DNA from: Bdellovibrionota bacterium | GTDB lineage: Bacteria > Bdellovibrionota_C > UBA2361 > CAKMMH01 | Reading direction: 5' to 3' | Length of the DNA: 64,000 nt | Assembly (NCBI GenBank): GCA_050952645.1 | Contig: JBMNLI010000017.1 | Span: 32,001 to 96,000, forward strand | Shown: positions 21,704 through 32,471 of the stretch, piece by piece | Layout: each line of letters starts with the position of its first letter | How positions within the stretch are numbered: position 1 is the stretch's first letter | Position numbers and translations under genes: made by a program | The notes under the pieces: model-generated | What the model was told of the DNA's origin: nothing | What the model saw: only the letters and a program-made list of their open reading frames with translations | Database searches by the model: none

Positions 21704-23630
21704 ATGAATAATAAAACAAATAATAATATAAGCGATAACATGAGTAAAAAACAGACAAATAAAAATATAAGTTTTTTAATGATAGCCTTAAAGGCTCTAT
21801 TTTTTGCAGTATTTATAGCTATATTTTATATAGCGATTAAATCTTACACTACAGATAGTTCATTAGAGTTTTTATATAGGCAAGGAGAAATAACCTCTAA
21901 CGTTTGGCGTTTTTTACTCGATTACACGTCAAACTCTTTTTACTCTTGGAGATTTTATAGTAAGCTTTTTAAATTTACATTATTTATTTCTAATGTATTT
22001 TCTATAAATTTTAATACCTGCTTTTACTATATAAACTTATCGTTATTTTTTATTTTCCTTATTCCACTAATAAAACTATTAAATAAGAATTTAAATTTGG
22101 CTACTTCGAGTTTTTTATCATTAAATTTTGTAGTGATGATAATGCTTTTTTTCGGCAATAAAACTTTCTTAATAAGTAGCATTACATTTTTACCATTATT
22201 TATATTCTCATTATTATCGCTATATAAATATAAAGACGAAAAACACGTAATTTTAAATACCCTACTTTTTATATTATCAACGATACTACTAGTAAGGTCG
22301 GCCTACGGGCTATCGTTTTTTTTACATTATTTTCTCTTGCCTAATTTTGCTTTGCCTAACTAGCACTAATACTGCTACTAATGATACTACTAATACCAAT
22401 ACTACTACTAATAATAATACTTATTTAAGAATTGCTAATTTTTTACTAATATTAAGTTTTTGTTATGCCCTTTATTACATTACTTTCTCTGTGCCTTACT
22501 TACCTTCATTTAATTTTCCGTGGTATGCAACTGTAGTTAAAGACGATGGGCTTCTTGGAGTTTTAAGACCTCTTCTTATTGAAAGTAGCCAAATACCTTT
22601 CGTAGATGAAATGAAAGAAAAGAAATTATATGCCCCTTTTCTCCTTTTTCTTTCGTTATATATTTTATTCGTTATCGCTAGATATCTTAAATCTAATGTA
22701 AGCGAAAACAAATATCTTTCTTATTTACTTATATTCTTTCTACTATCTTTTTTAATCGAATGTTTTTTACCTATAAACATTTCTATTATAATGCCATTTA
22801 AGGCCATTTGGCGAACTGTGCCTAGTATTTATACTTTTTCGTTATACCCAATATTTTTATTTTTTATATTATTTACTTTTTTTATTTTTACTATTTTAAA
22901 TTTAAAAAATTTCATATTTATTTATTTATTAAATATTATTTTATCTGTACTCGTTTCTTTTAATAACTTTAAGCCTCTACTTATAAGTGATACTGCAACG
23001 AATTTTATGAGTAATGTTATAAAAGGAGATTTATTAAACTCAGAGTTTAAAAATATAATTCTATCTCCTAGTTCATCGACTATAAAAGCACTAGGATTTC
23101 AATATTTAACTAAAAAGGATATAGTTTTTAATAAAAGAATGCAAAGAAACATAAAAATATTAAACCCTACATTATCTTCTAACTATGGAGAAAACACTTT
23201 AAAACAAATCTTAGATAGAAATCCGAAAAGTCGCTACTCAACATTGAAAACTAGGCAAGATGGAGATGAGTGGATAAAAATAAGTCTTCCTAAATCTTAC
23301 AGCATTCATGGCGTTATACTCGATACGGGAGATTATAGAACCGATTTTCCGACCTCTATTTTAATAACTACTTGTGATGATAAAAAAATAGCAGAGCAAG
23401 TAAACTTAGGTCAGATTGAATACACGAGCTTAGGCTACCCTTATTACGGCGGTCAAAGCAATATGAAAATAGTTTTTGAAGATATCGTAAAGACGGATTG
23501 TATAAAAATATACCAAACGGGCAAAAATAAACATTACGAATGGTCCATAGCTAAAATAAAATTTATTCTTCCAGATATGGAAAGAAAGAAAAATAAAAAA
23601 GATAAAGAAAAAAATAAGAAAGAAAAATAA
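21704..23630 (+). pseudogene. Polytopic membrane protein with C-terminal F5/8 type C (discoidin) domain, split by a frameshift in a T8 tract
   Basis: ORFs 21704-22363 and 22347-23630 join into one 641-aa frame if T8 at 22316-22323 is T7; discoidin-like 'DRNPKSRYST...EWIKISL...GVILD...DFP'. Confidence 0.65.
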
Positions 23631-23655
23631 AAGAAATATCCCCTTTTTCTAAGTC

Positions 23656-26058
23656 TTAACTCTTAGGTCTTTTAAATGATGATACTACGCCTTTAACTCT
23701 AGACTTAGAAGATGAAGTTAATTTAAATTTTCCCTTGCTTTCTTTTTGTTCTTCAGGTTTTGATTTTTTATCGTTTTTATTTTGACTATCTTTATTATCA
23801 TTATCTTTATTATTATCTTTATTATTATCTTTATTATTATCTTTACTATTATCTTTTTTATTATCTTTATTTTTATTCGATTTTGCTACACTTACAACCG
23901 TTACGCTTTCTTTAACTTCATCATTTTCAGGATAACTTTCAGGATAACTTCCAAAATTATCTGTAATATCTTTAGAAGAAGGAGCCTCTTTAAAATTTTC
24001 ATTATTAGCACTTGCTACTCTAGTAACGTTTCCTTGAAATTTAATCCCTCCTACTAATCCACGCTTAAAACTCGTCTCAGATAAATTTACTGTTTTCTCC
24101 GTTTGTTTCCTTGTTCTATTTTGAGAAGCTTTAGGTTTATCGCTACTACTGCTGCCCCCACTACTCCCCTTATCTTTCTTTTCTTTATTAGTATTTCTTG
24201 AAGGTTTTTTGCTTCTCTCTTGATTATCGCTACTTTCTAACTCTAAGTCTGCCTGTTCTAATGAATAAATTTTTTCATCTACCCATTCTGCTAAACCTAT
24301 CTCATCATTTTCTATTTTTTCAAATTGATTGATGTACTCTCTTCCCTCCCAAGTAGGTGGAAGTTCAGCATTAAACCAAAACGAACGCCCTTTAACTATT
24401 TCTCCATTTCCTAAATCGAAATATGCTAAACCTTTTTCAGCAGACATCTCGTGTTTTAACTCTTCTGCGCTTACTAAATCAGTTTCAGCTTCAGTTATAC
24501 TATAATTTTGAGACTCTCCTCCGCTTTCCTTTACACCAAACCCAGAACTCGCAACGCTAGAGGAAACTCCACTTCCGATAGATCTTTTAACCGTAGTAAT
24601 TTTACCTATCCAGTTAGACATATCATCGGCAGTTTGATTATCTCCTAAACGCATCATAACTTTTAAGTTTACGTTTGCCATAACACGCTCATAAAATGAT
24701 TGGCTAAGCCCGAGAGAGTTATCCATTAAACCACCAGTCGATTGCGCCCCGAATATAAGAGAAAATCTTCCTTTTCTTGCTAGCTCAAATAAGTTTGCCC
24801 AAGTAGGACCAAATGTTGAGGAGCCCTCATCTATAATAACTAAGTGTGGGTCTTCTAAGTGATGTTGCCTAGATGATGTAATTTCACCTATGGACACCTC
24901 TAAATCCTCTCTAAAAAGTTTTACCATTCTCGCAGCACTTTCTGCATCTTCAAGTCTTGGAAGCATAAAATATATAAGTTTTCCTCTTAAAATTGCGTCC
25001 GTTAAATTTAAGTCGGTATAATTAGTGCAAAATATCCCTCCCATAGAAGAACCGCTTATCGCATGAAGCTCAGATGAGATACCTCTTAAGTTATCAGTAA
25101 TTTTTGAAGTATCGAGTATTCCTTTTTTATCTCTATAACTTGTGGCTAAGTGGCCTAACTCGACTACTGCCTGTTTCGCACCTATTTTTTCAAGCATAGC
25201 CTTTAAGTGAGGATACGCTAAATTAAAAGCTGAAAGTGCCATGGCAACATCTTTTATAGACCAAGCAAGCCCGAAGCTTTCTAGAGCTCTAATCATTCTA
25301 TTGATCGAGTCGGAAGCTAGCCTATCGTAGTGCTTAGTGGCGCTTTGATCTGATGTTGGCGGAAGCCCAGCACGGAGAACTTTTCTTGCCTTTACATCTG
25401 CTCTTTGATTCGTTAGCACAAAATTATATGAGTGAATAGTATCGAAAGGATCGATAACTATTAAATCTTCTATCCTTCCAGTTATTAGCGCCATTAAAAT
25501 AATATCTGCTAAAACTCCCGAGTCACGCTTTGCATCTATAAATGTAAAACCGCTAGCTCTTCCTCTAGCCATTTGTTGAAACATTAAGGATTCTACCCAA
25601 AGAGTTTTACCAACGCCAGTTTTAGCAAATACGCACCCGTGGCTACACATATCATTATCGCTTAACCACAAAGGCTCTCCAGAGTCTAAACTAAAACCTA
25701 CTAAATATTTATCTATTATTTTCTTTCCTTTCGCTCTCGCCTCATCTAGCGCTATTTTAAAGCAATTCCTTTCAGGGGGCATTCCTAAAACATCTCTTCC
25801 CCCTCTTAAAATTACTTCACTTTCTCTATGTCGCTCTACGGCGTAATCTGTTGCTATCTCTTTAACTATGTTACAATAAAAAAATACGGGTAGAAAAGAG
25901 CCAATTAAAAATAAAACGAACGCATTTATTCCTTCCCATATAGGCAATAAAACTATAATAATTAAAATAATAGTTGCAAAAACTGCTCGTTTTATAAGCG
26001 TATCTCGCAAGTGTTCTTTCTTTTCATCGTATGTTATCTTATCGTACTGCCTAGCCAT
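23656..26058 (-). CDS. Type IV coupling protein (TraD/VirD4 superfamily; DotL/TrbC-like)
   Basis: Two N-terminal TMs, Walker A AKTGVGKT, FIDAK.D, GRIEDL, Walker B LVIIDE, AR..RFSLIFGAQS, AN.NLKVMMRLGD..TA; long charged tail. Confidence 0.85.
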   Translation of the reverse strand: MARQYDKITYDEKKEHLRDTLIKRAVFATIILIIIVLLPIWEGINAFVLFLIGSFLPVFFYCNIVKEIATDYAVERHRESEVILRGGRDVLGMPPERNCFKIALDEARAKGKKIIDKYLVGFSLDSGEPLWLSDNDMCSHGCVFAKTGVGKTLWVESLMFQQMARGRASGFTFIDAKRDSGVLADIILMALITGRIEDLIVIDPFDTIHSYNFVLTNQRADVKARKVLRAGLPPTSDQSATKHYDRLASDSINRMIRALESFGLAWSIKDVAMALSAFNLAYPHLKAMLEKIGAKQAVVELGHLATSYRDKKGILDTSKITDNLRGISSELHAISGSSMGGIFCTNYTDLNLTDAILRGKLIYFMLPRLEDAESAARMVKLFREDLEVSIGEITSSRQHHLEDPHLVIIDEGSSTFGPTWANLFELARKGRFSLIFGAQSTGGLMDNSLGLSQSFYERVMANVNLKVMMRLGDNQTADDMSNWIGKITTVKRSIGSGVSSSVASSGFGVKESGGESQNYSITEAETDLVSAEELKHEMSAEKGLAYFDLGNGEIVKGRSFWFNAELPPTWEGREYINQFEKIENDEIGLAEWVDEKIYSLEQADLELESSDNQERSKKPSRNTNKEKKDKGSSGGSSSSDKPKASQNRTRKQTEKTVNLSETSFKRGLVGGIKFQGNVTRVASANNENFKEAPSSKDITDNFGSYPESYPENDEVKESVTVVSVAKSNKNKDNKKDNSKDNNKDNNKDNNKDNDNKDSQNKNDKKSKPEEQKESKGKFKLTSSSKSRVKGVVSSFKRPKS

Positions 26059-26098
26059 TTAATTTTTTTATATTCTAAACCTTTAAATTTATATTTAT

Positions 26099-28009
26099 TT
26101 AATTTACATCTATCTTCATTTCAGTTGCTTTAGTAATTACTACTCTTTTTACTTTCTCTATCTCATCTGCCCATCTTATGCCTAGAAAATCTACAAGCTT
26201 AGAGGTTCTAAATAAAACTACTCCAGCAACATCTTTTATTTCATCTTCGTTAGTTAAAAATTTACAATCTATTACAGCATTATAAGGAACGTATCTATCC
26301 GATACCATTTTTCCAAGCCAGCTAAATGAATTTAAACAAGAGCGTAAATTTTGCCATACCTTTACATCGCTCTCATTGGGTAGAAATTTTAGCATTTCTT
26401 CTTTCGTTTCTTCAGAAAATTCTTTTAAAAATAAATTATTATCATCAGATAAAGTTTTTTGCTCTACTAAAGATAGTAGATTATCAGTTTCCCTTTTATT
26501 GTATACACGTTTTATAAGCTCTGTCATTTCTATTAAATCATTTTTCATCGCATCATTTAACAAACTAACTATAATCTCAATTTTAACGAACAATTGTCCG
26601 CTCTCTGTAGTATAAAAATTATCTTTAAGAGCATCGCTATTTTCTATATGTTCTACAAATATTTTAGTCCAAGCTTTATGAATTTCTGTGGATTTTGCAA
26701 AAAACAAAAGTTCATCGATAGCGTCATCGATTTCATCAAAGTGTAGTATTAGCTCTAGCCATTGCCTTAGAGTATAAGATTGGATATTCATTTTAAGTGG
26801 CATTCTAATTTCTAGAAAATCACTCTTTCTTTCTGCAAACACTATCGCCTTTCTTATCATTTCTCGCTCATCAAATGAATATTCGTCGCCATAATCTGGG
26901 CAAGAGTGGAGCACTGCCCGAGCGCAAAGATGCGGATAATTAGAGTGGCTTGCCCATCTATTTTTTGCGATATGATCGTATGCTAAAATTCTTCCCGCTT
27001 CTAGAGCCATAATTGCAGTTCCAATGCTTTTAGGGGAAATATTTTTTAATGCGTCTTTCATATTTTCAGTTAAAGAATTTATCATATTTACTTTTCTTTT
27101 GTTATCTTTAGGCACTCCTATATTTTTATTTCCATTATTAGATTTGTTTTCGCTTAAATTATCTTGATTTAAACTTGCTTGAATTTCAAAAGCACTTTTT
27201 AAAAATTCATAAGTATCTTCAAATAAATTCCCTTTCCCTTCTCCATCATCTATACTTGTAGGATAATTGTAATAGTGAAGAATAATAGAAGCTAAATATT
27301 TATTAGTTAAATTGCTAGCATTGTATCTCTCTAAGAGCACACAAAAAACAGACTTGTTATAAAACGTATCAGATACTTTCTCTAAGCAAGTAAGCCCAGG
27401 GACGTGGAGTGTTGGATTGCCATTTTTATCGCATTTTTTAATATCTGCCCTAGCACCAGAATAGAACAAGCGACCATTTCCAGAAACTCCTAGAAAATCT
27501 TTTGCCTTATATGGTTTTACATTTAATGTAGCGCGCACTGCAGCGTATATAACACATACTGCCCAAACTTTCCAACATGCAAGCATTACAAAAATTATTT
27601 GCAAAATAGAATTTGATATAATCACAAACGATGAAATTAGCAACGGGGATGATGGGAATATTTTACATATAGATAGAAATAAATTAAATATAAAAAGCGA
27701 AATTAAAGAAAAAAACGAAAGCTCTCCTTTAGTGCCGAACTTTGAAAGCCAAATATAGTATTTTTCAAATGAATCAACGATTGAAATATTTTTCCCTATC
27801 TCTTGTATTTCATGTAGGCTATCGAAAGCCTTGTTTATAATATTAGTAGTATTTGAGAATAAAGGTAATAATTCTATAACGAATATTAAAACTGCAAAAA
27901 AAGCTAAAAATATATACGAATAGTATGTAGACTTTTTCTCGTCCATAAGAGAAACAATATCTTTTGTCTCTGCATCATACTTGATATTTTTAACCATAAA
28001 AAACGACAC
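26099..28009 (-). CDS. Membrane protein co-oriented with the coupling protein gene (possible DotM/TrbA-like partner)
   Basis: N-terminal TM helices plus a large helical soluble domain; directly upstream of the T4CP gene; family assignment weak. Confidence 0.45.
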   Translation of the reverse strand: MSFFMVKNIKYDAETKDIVSLMDEKKSTYYSYIFLAFFAVLIFVIELLPLFSNTTNIINKAFDSLHEIQEIGKNISIVDSFEKYYIWLSKFGTKGELSFFSLISLFIFNLFLSICKIFPSSPLLISSFVIISNSILQIIFVMLACWKVWAVCVIYAAVRATLNVKPYKAKDFLGVSGNGRLFYSGARADIKKCDKNGNPTLHVPGLTCLEKVSDTFYNKSVFCVLLERYNASNLTNKYLASIILHYYNYPTSIDDGEGKGNLFEDTYEFLKSAFEIQASLNQDNLSENKSNNGNKNIGVPKDNKRKVNMINSLTENMKDALKNISPKSIGTAIMALEAGRILAYDHIAKNRWASHSNYPHLCARAVLHSCPDYGDEYSFDEREMIRKAIVFAERKSDFLEIRMPLKMNIQSYTLRQWLELILHFDEIDDAIDELLFFAKSTEIHKAWTKIFVEHIENSDALKDNFYTTESGQLFVKIEIIVSLLNDAMKNDLIEMTELIKRVYNKRETDNLLSLVEQKTLSDDNNLFLKEFSEETKEEMLKFLPNESDVKVWQNLRSCLNSFSWLGKMVSDRYVPYNAVIDCKFLTNEDEIKDVAGVVLFRTSKLVDFLGIRWADEIEKVKRVVITKATEMKIDVN

Positions 28010-28745
28010 CTAAATACATTTAAATTATAGATAATAACAAGTTTAGCACAAAAAGTCTTCTTATATCAAAAAATTTTTAAAAAGACCTATTTTCTTCTAT
28101 TTGTTATTACTTGTATAAGATATCGGATTTTTATAAAATAAAATAAATACGTTATTTAAAATAAAAATATGGCTTATCTTAGTTTTCTTATTGTTGTTTA
28201 AACTTTGTTGTTTAAACTCTAAGCTCAAGTTTTGTATCTCAATATTAAAAAGAGTTTAAGCTGCCTTAAAACGTGGAGAGTTAGAAATATCTATAACAGC
28301 GTTTTATACATCTATCTTATATTCTACTTGTGGTACATAAGTAATTTTATATAATAAAATCAATTTGTTATAGCTAATATATTTAACAAAAAACTCCTAA
28401 GTTAGTACCACTCGTTTAGAAAAAATTAAGATATTAAAAAATATTAAAAAGGTAGAAGCAAAATAGCCTCGCACGCTGATAAAGATTATGATGAATTTCT
28501 AAGCAAAATTCTATCAAGGTTTTGTAAAAAATGTACGAACATTACATTACAAGATTTTTTATTTAAAAATGGAGTTCTTATATAAGTAAATATAAAAATA
28601 AAGCGAAAAACTATTATAGTTTACATTATAATTTATGAATAATTTATGAATAATTTACAAATAATTTATGAATAATTTATAAAATTTTAGCTATAATTAA
28701 AAATTTATTATTAAGGAACACCTGTGCGAAAAGGAGAATTTTTGT

Positions 28746-29135
28746 ATGAGACTTAAGGTATTTAATTTATTGGTTGCAACTTTGTTATTTTTATCAACGT
28801 TATTTATATCAACATTATTTATATCAACTTTTTTATCAGCAAATGCATTCGCAGATAATGCACCTTTCATAGAACAAGCAACTGATGCTCAAGTTAAAAA
28901 ATCGCAAGGTCATTACGCTAGAGCACGTTCGCTCCTTATTGCAGCAATAAACGAATTCGATAGAGGCACTAGCGTTGCAAACCCAGAGTCACTACTAGAT
29001 GTAAGCAGATTCCGCTCTACTTTAATAGATAGAGCAGAAGAGCTAGAAAGAATTTTAGACCCACAACCTAGAACTTCTAAAGAGGGAGTTAGATTCTCGC
29101 CTGATACTAGGCTATTAGGTGAGGCTGTAAATTAA
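28746..29135 (+). CDS. Secreted hypothetical protein, first gene of the T4SS operon
   Basis: AAGGAG RBS; signal peptide ending ANAFA. Confidence 0.7.
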   Translation: MRLKVFNLLVATLLFLSTLFISTLFISTFLSANAFADNAPFIEQATDAQVKKSQGHYARARSLLIAAINEFDRGTSVANPESLLDVSRFRSTLIDRAEELERILDPQPRTSKEGVRFSPDTRLLGEAVN

Positions 29136-29259
29136 GATGGCTAAATTTAAAATGGCTGAATTTAAGATGGCTAAAATTAAGATGATTAGGTTTAATAAAA
29201 TAATTAAAAATGATACTAAAAACGATATTAAAAACGATATTAAAAACTAAGGAGTGTTA

Positions 29260-29664
29260 ATGGATAATGGAGAGGTTATTCCAAATTTAGATAAGCCTTG
29301 GGAGTTCTTAATGGCAAGAATTCACGAATGGCTTTCAGGAATGATATTCGCTTTAATAGTTAATGAGATTTTTCTAACGGACGCCATAAATGCGATGCCT
29401 CTTATCTTTGGAATTATGGTTCTCTCTACTTATGGATTAGCAAGCGCAAGATTAAAATTTCCAGATGGGACAAGGGGCTTTGTAAATTGGTGCTCAGTAA
29501 AAATAGTTGGAAAAGCACCAAATAGCATTCCTGCCCCTAGCGAGTTGCAACCAGTTTGGAGCGGTGCTCCCGTAAGAAGAATGAAGGAAAACACTTTGTT
29601 TATGCAGTTAGGGTTTGATGAGTTTTTTTTAGAAAAGAAAAAACAAAAAATGACAGATAATTAA
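29260..29664 (+). CDS. TraL-like (VirB3-like) inner membrane protein
   Basis: IPNLDKP..L....E motif then two TMs; AAGGAG RBS before ATG 29260; position before traE. Confidence 0.65.
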   Translation: MDNGEVIPNLDKPWEFLMARIHEWLSGMIFALIVNEIFLTDAINAMPLIFGIMVLSTYGLASARLKFPDGTRGFVNWCSVKIVGKAPNSIPAPSELQPVWSGAPVRRMKENTLFMQLGFDEFFLEKKKQKMTDN

Positions 29665-29677
29665 GGAAGGTTATAAA

Positions 29678-30337
29678 ATGGCAAATTTAAGAGAAAAAAG
29701 TCAAAAAGTTTTAGATAAAGCTAACGTTCAACCTCATAGAAAAGGGGATGACACTATAAGAATATGGGAAGGATATAGACAACAGGCAGTAATGTGGAGA
29801 GCACTATCTATTATACAGCTTCTTGCTACTACTGCTATCTCTATCTTATGTATTATATTATGGCAAACTCGCCAAATCACATTAAAAGTCCCACAAAGAC
29901 CAGTCCCTGGGCAATATAACACGCAAGAAATTCCTGATGCAGATTTTGTCGAAGCTGCAAACTCATTTGTAAGTTTAATAGCAACATTTCAACCATATAC
30001 ATCGGAAGAGCAATTTAAAAGAGCAGCAGCTTTAATCCATAGCAATCTTTTAGAAAGATTTACAGATGAGTTTTTAGACAATGAGTTAAAGGCGATAAAT
30101 GCTACATCTCTTTCACAAGTATTTTTTGTCGACCCATCGAAAACTACCATTGAAAGGTTTAGCAATAATACTGTAAGAGTAACTTTATACGGAGTAAGAC
30201 ATAAATATATAGGCGGTAGAGAGATAGAGCCAGTTAAGTCTAAGTATGTAGTTATTTTAACTACACTTCCTAGAAACGATCTTAATCCTTTAGGAATTGT
30301 AGTTACGGATGTAATTTTAGAAAAGGTGCAGAATTAA
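29678..30337 (+). CDS. TraE/VirB8-like T4SS protein
   Basis: Single TM, periplasmic domain ending NPLGIVVTDV (VirB8-like NPLG motif). Confidence 0.7.
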   Translation: MANLREKSQKVLDKANVQPHRKGDDTIRIWEGYRQQAVMWRALSIIQLLATTAISILCIILWQTRQITLKVPQRPVPGQYNTQEIPDADFVEAANSFVSLIATFQPYTSEEQFKRAAALIHSNLLERFTDEFLDNELKAINATSLSQVFFVDPSKTTIERFSNNTVRVTLYGVRHKYIGGREIEPVKSKYVVILTTLPRNDLNPLGIVVTDVILEKVQN

Positions 30338-30413
30338 AAAAAATTATATAAACGATTTTAAAAGTAATTATTTTAAAGTAATTATTTAAAAATAATTAAG
30401 AGAGATAAAAACT

Positions 30414-31238
30414 ATGAAAAAAGATACAAACTTATATAACTTATATAAAATATCACTTTTAATAATTTGCTCATTATTCATAGTAGTAAATGAATTCCTA
30501 GTAGTAAGTGATGCTTTTGCACGAGATGTCGAGTATAGAGGAAGCGAGCTAGATGTATTTGTAGCCCCTGGGGAGCCTACTCAAGTTCAATTCCCCTCGA
30601 AAGTGTTAGGAGGATTTAAAAAGAAAATCTCAGCAATATCACTCGATAAAAAAGGCTACGACTTAGTAATTTTTGCTACTGAGCAATTAACTGAAACTGG
30701 CGAGTCTATGATTATTAGGCTCGATGACGGAAGGTCTTACACATTAAGAATTAAAAAAGCTTCAGAAAATGAGAGAGATACTTTAGTAAGAGTAATAGAC
30801 AAAAGTCAATCTATTTTAACTAGTTCAGGAGAGGAAGTAAGCGATGCTGCAAAAAGTGCTTCTTCCCTTACATTTGCTCCGCCTACTAAAGTTTCAGGTC
30901 TTATGAGAGAAATGGTTTTAGCTTCTGAGTTTGGAAAAGGTTCTATAAATGGATATAGAGCGACAGACAAATATAGAGGCGAAACCGTAATAAATGATGG
31001 CGCTATACACGCTACCATAGATACGATATTTACCGGCACTAATCTGTGGGGGTATGTTCTCGATGTAAAAAATCTTTTAGATGTTTCTCAAAAACTAAAC
31101 CCTGCTACGTTTAGGCTAGATGGCACTAGAGCAATTTCCTTTGAAAAGTGGGAATTGTCTCCGCAACCATTAAATATTGAAGAGCAAATTGCTAAAGGGC
31201 ATAAAACAAAGGTTTATATAGTAACTAAAGCTAGATAA
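30414..31238 (+). CDS. TraK-like (VirB9-like) T4SS core protein
   Basis: Signal peptide, PTQVQFP, C-terminal GTRAISFE..EL.P...G.KTKVYIV typical of F-type TraK. Confidence 0.72.
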   Translation: MKKDTNLYNLYKISLLIICSLFIVVNEFLVVSDAFARDVEYRGSELDVFVAPGEPTQVQFPSKVLGGFKKKISAISLDKKGYDLVIFATEQLTETGESMIIRLDDGRSYTLRIKKASENERDTLVRVIDKSQSILTSSGEEVSDAAKSASSLTFAPPTKVSGLMREMVLASEFGKGSINGYRATDKYRGETVINDGAIHATIDTIFTGTNLWGYVLDVKNLLDVSQKLNPATFRLDGTRAISFEKWELSPQPLNIEEQIAKGHKTKVYIVTKAR

Positions 31239-31257
31239 ATTTTAAAAGGTAAAAAAA

Positions 31258-32439
31258 ATGGCTCAAAAGTTAGATGATATAAAAATGCTAGTATCGAAAG
31301 ATAGAAAGACGCAATTTATAATAATTGCAGTCTTGCTATGTGTCGGCTTGGTGTGGATGACAATGACCTCTGATAAGTATGCTGTAAGAGAAAGACAGCA
31401 AGTAGCAGAAGTAACTAAAATGGCACCTAGAGATGAACACTTAGATGATTTCGTTAAAAGCTTTAGAACAGATTTAAATAAAATTCAAAAAGACCAAATA
31501 GCCGCTAAAAAAGATATGCAAGAGCTAGGAAACAGATTAGATGTTTATGAACAAAGAACATCAGATATCTTTAAGAAAATCTTAGAAAAAATTTCAGACC
31601 TTGAAGTTGGTGGCGCAGGAAGTGGCTACGATGTTAATAATACTTCAGTAGTAACGGACGATTTAATGGTAGAAGATGAAATTGTAGACGATGGCGAAAA
31701 TTTAGCAGGAAAAGATCAACTAGAATCGTTCTTCGATGATAAAGAAAACGTTAAGCCAGTAGAAAAAGACGTTAAAAAGAAAGTGGCTTTCGTTGCCCCT
31801 GGGGATACGGTAAGAGTAAAATTACTAGGTGGTGTAAACGCTCCTACAGATGGAACGCCTTACCCAGTTATCTTTAAACTAATTTCCCACGTTGCAGGAC
31901 CAGATAACTCACAACTGCCTTTAGGAGAAGCAAGACTAATAGCAGCGGCTCAAGGCTCTATCGTAGATCAAAGAGCTTTATTTAGGCTTACCAAACTTAG
32001 CATTAGGCTTCCAAATGGAGAAAGAAAGGTTGTAGATGTAGACGGCTGGATAGTCGGAGAAGATGGTATTAGAGGACTTAAGGGAATTTTAATAGACCCT
32101 ATCGGAAAGGCTATTGCAGGTGGAATGATGATCGGGGGCATTGCAGGTGCAGGAGAAGCTATCTCGGACGCAAACTCTACTGTAAGGCATGGTTACAATA
32201 GCGATAGCAGAATTATAACTGGAGATACCGCCGAGTATGCTTTAGGCGAAGGCTTATCTAGAGGCTCTGAGGTTTGGACAGATGTGCTAAAAGATAGACT
32301 AAAAGAAATGGTTCCCGTTGTTCAAATTCTTTCTGGTAGAGAAGCTACCGCTACTTTTGCAAATGAGGTAACTATTGAAGATTTATATGAGCAACTAGAA
32401 GATGATAATACTGCTGAGCAATATAGCGGTTTAGATTAA
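31258..32439 (+). CDS. traB: TraB (VirB10-like) T4SS core protein
   Basis: TM, coiled coil, GVNAPT, AQGSIVDQRALFRL, VDGWIVGEDGIRGLKG, PVVQILSGR. Confidence 0.85.
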   Translation: MAQKLDDIKMLVSKDRKTQFIIIAVLLCVGLVWMTMTSDKYAVRERQQVAEVTKMAPRDEHLDDFVKSFRTDLNKIQKDQIAAKKDMQELGNRLDVYEQRTSDIFKKILEKISDLEVGGAGSGYDVNNTSVVTDDLMVEDEIVDDGENLAGKDQLESFFDDKENVKPVEKDVKKKVAFVAPGDTVRVKLLGGVNAPTDGTPYPVIFKLISHVAGPDNSQLPLGEARLIAAAQGSIVDQRALFRLTKLSIRLPNGERKVVDVDGWIVGEDGIRGLKGILIDPIGKAIAGGMMIGGIAGAGEAISDANSTVRHGYNSDSRIITGDTAEYALGEGLSRGSEVWTDVLKDRLKEMVPVVQILSGREATATFANEVTIEDLYEQLEDDNTAEQYSGLD

Positions 32440-32471
32440 TTTTTATTAGGAGCATTTAAAAGGTAAATACT

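Noticed and set aside
28010..28745. oriT or pilin gene in the divergent T4SS intergenic region
   Set aside because: Only short AT-rich tandem and inverted repeats; no recognisable nic site or pilin-like ORF.
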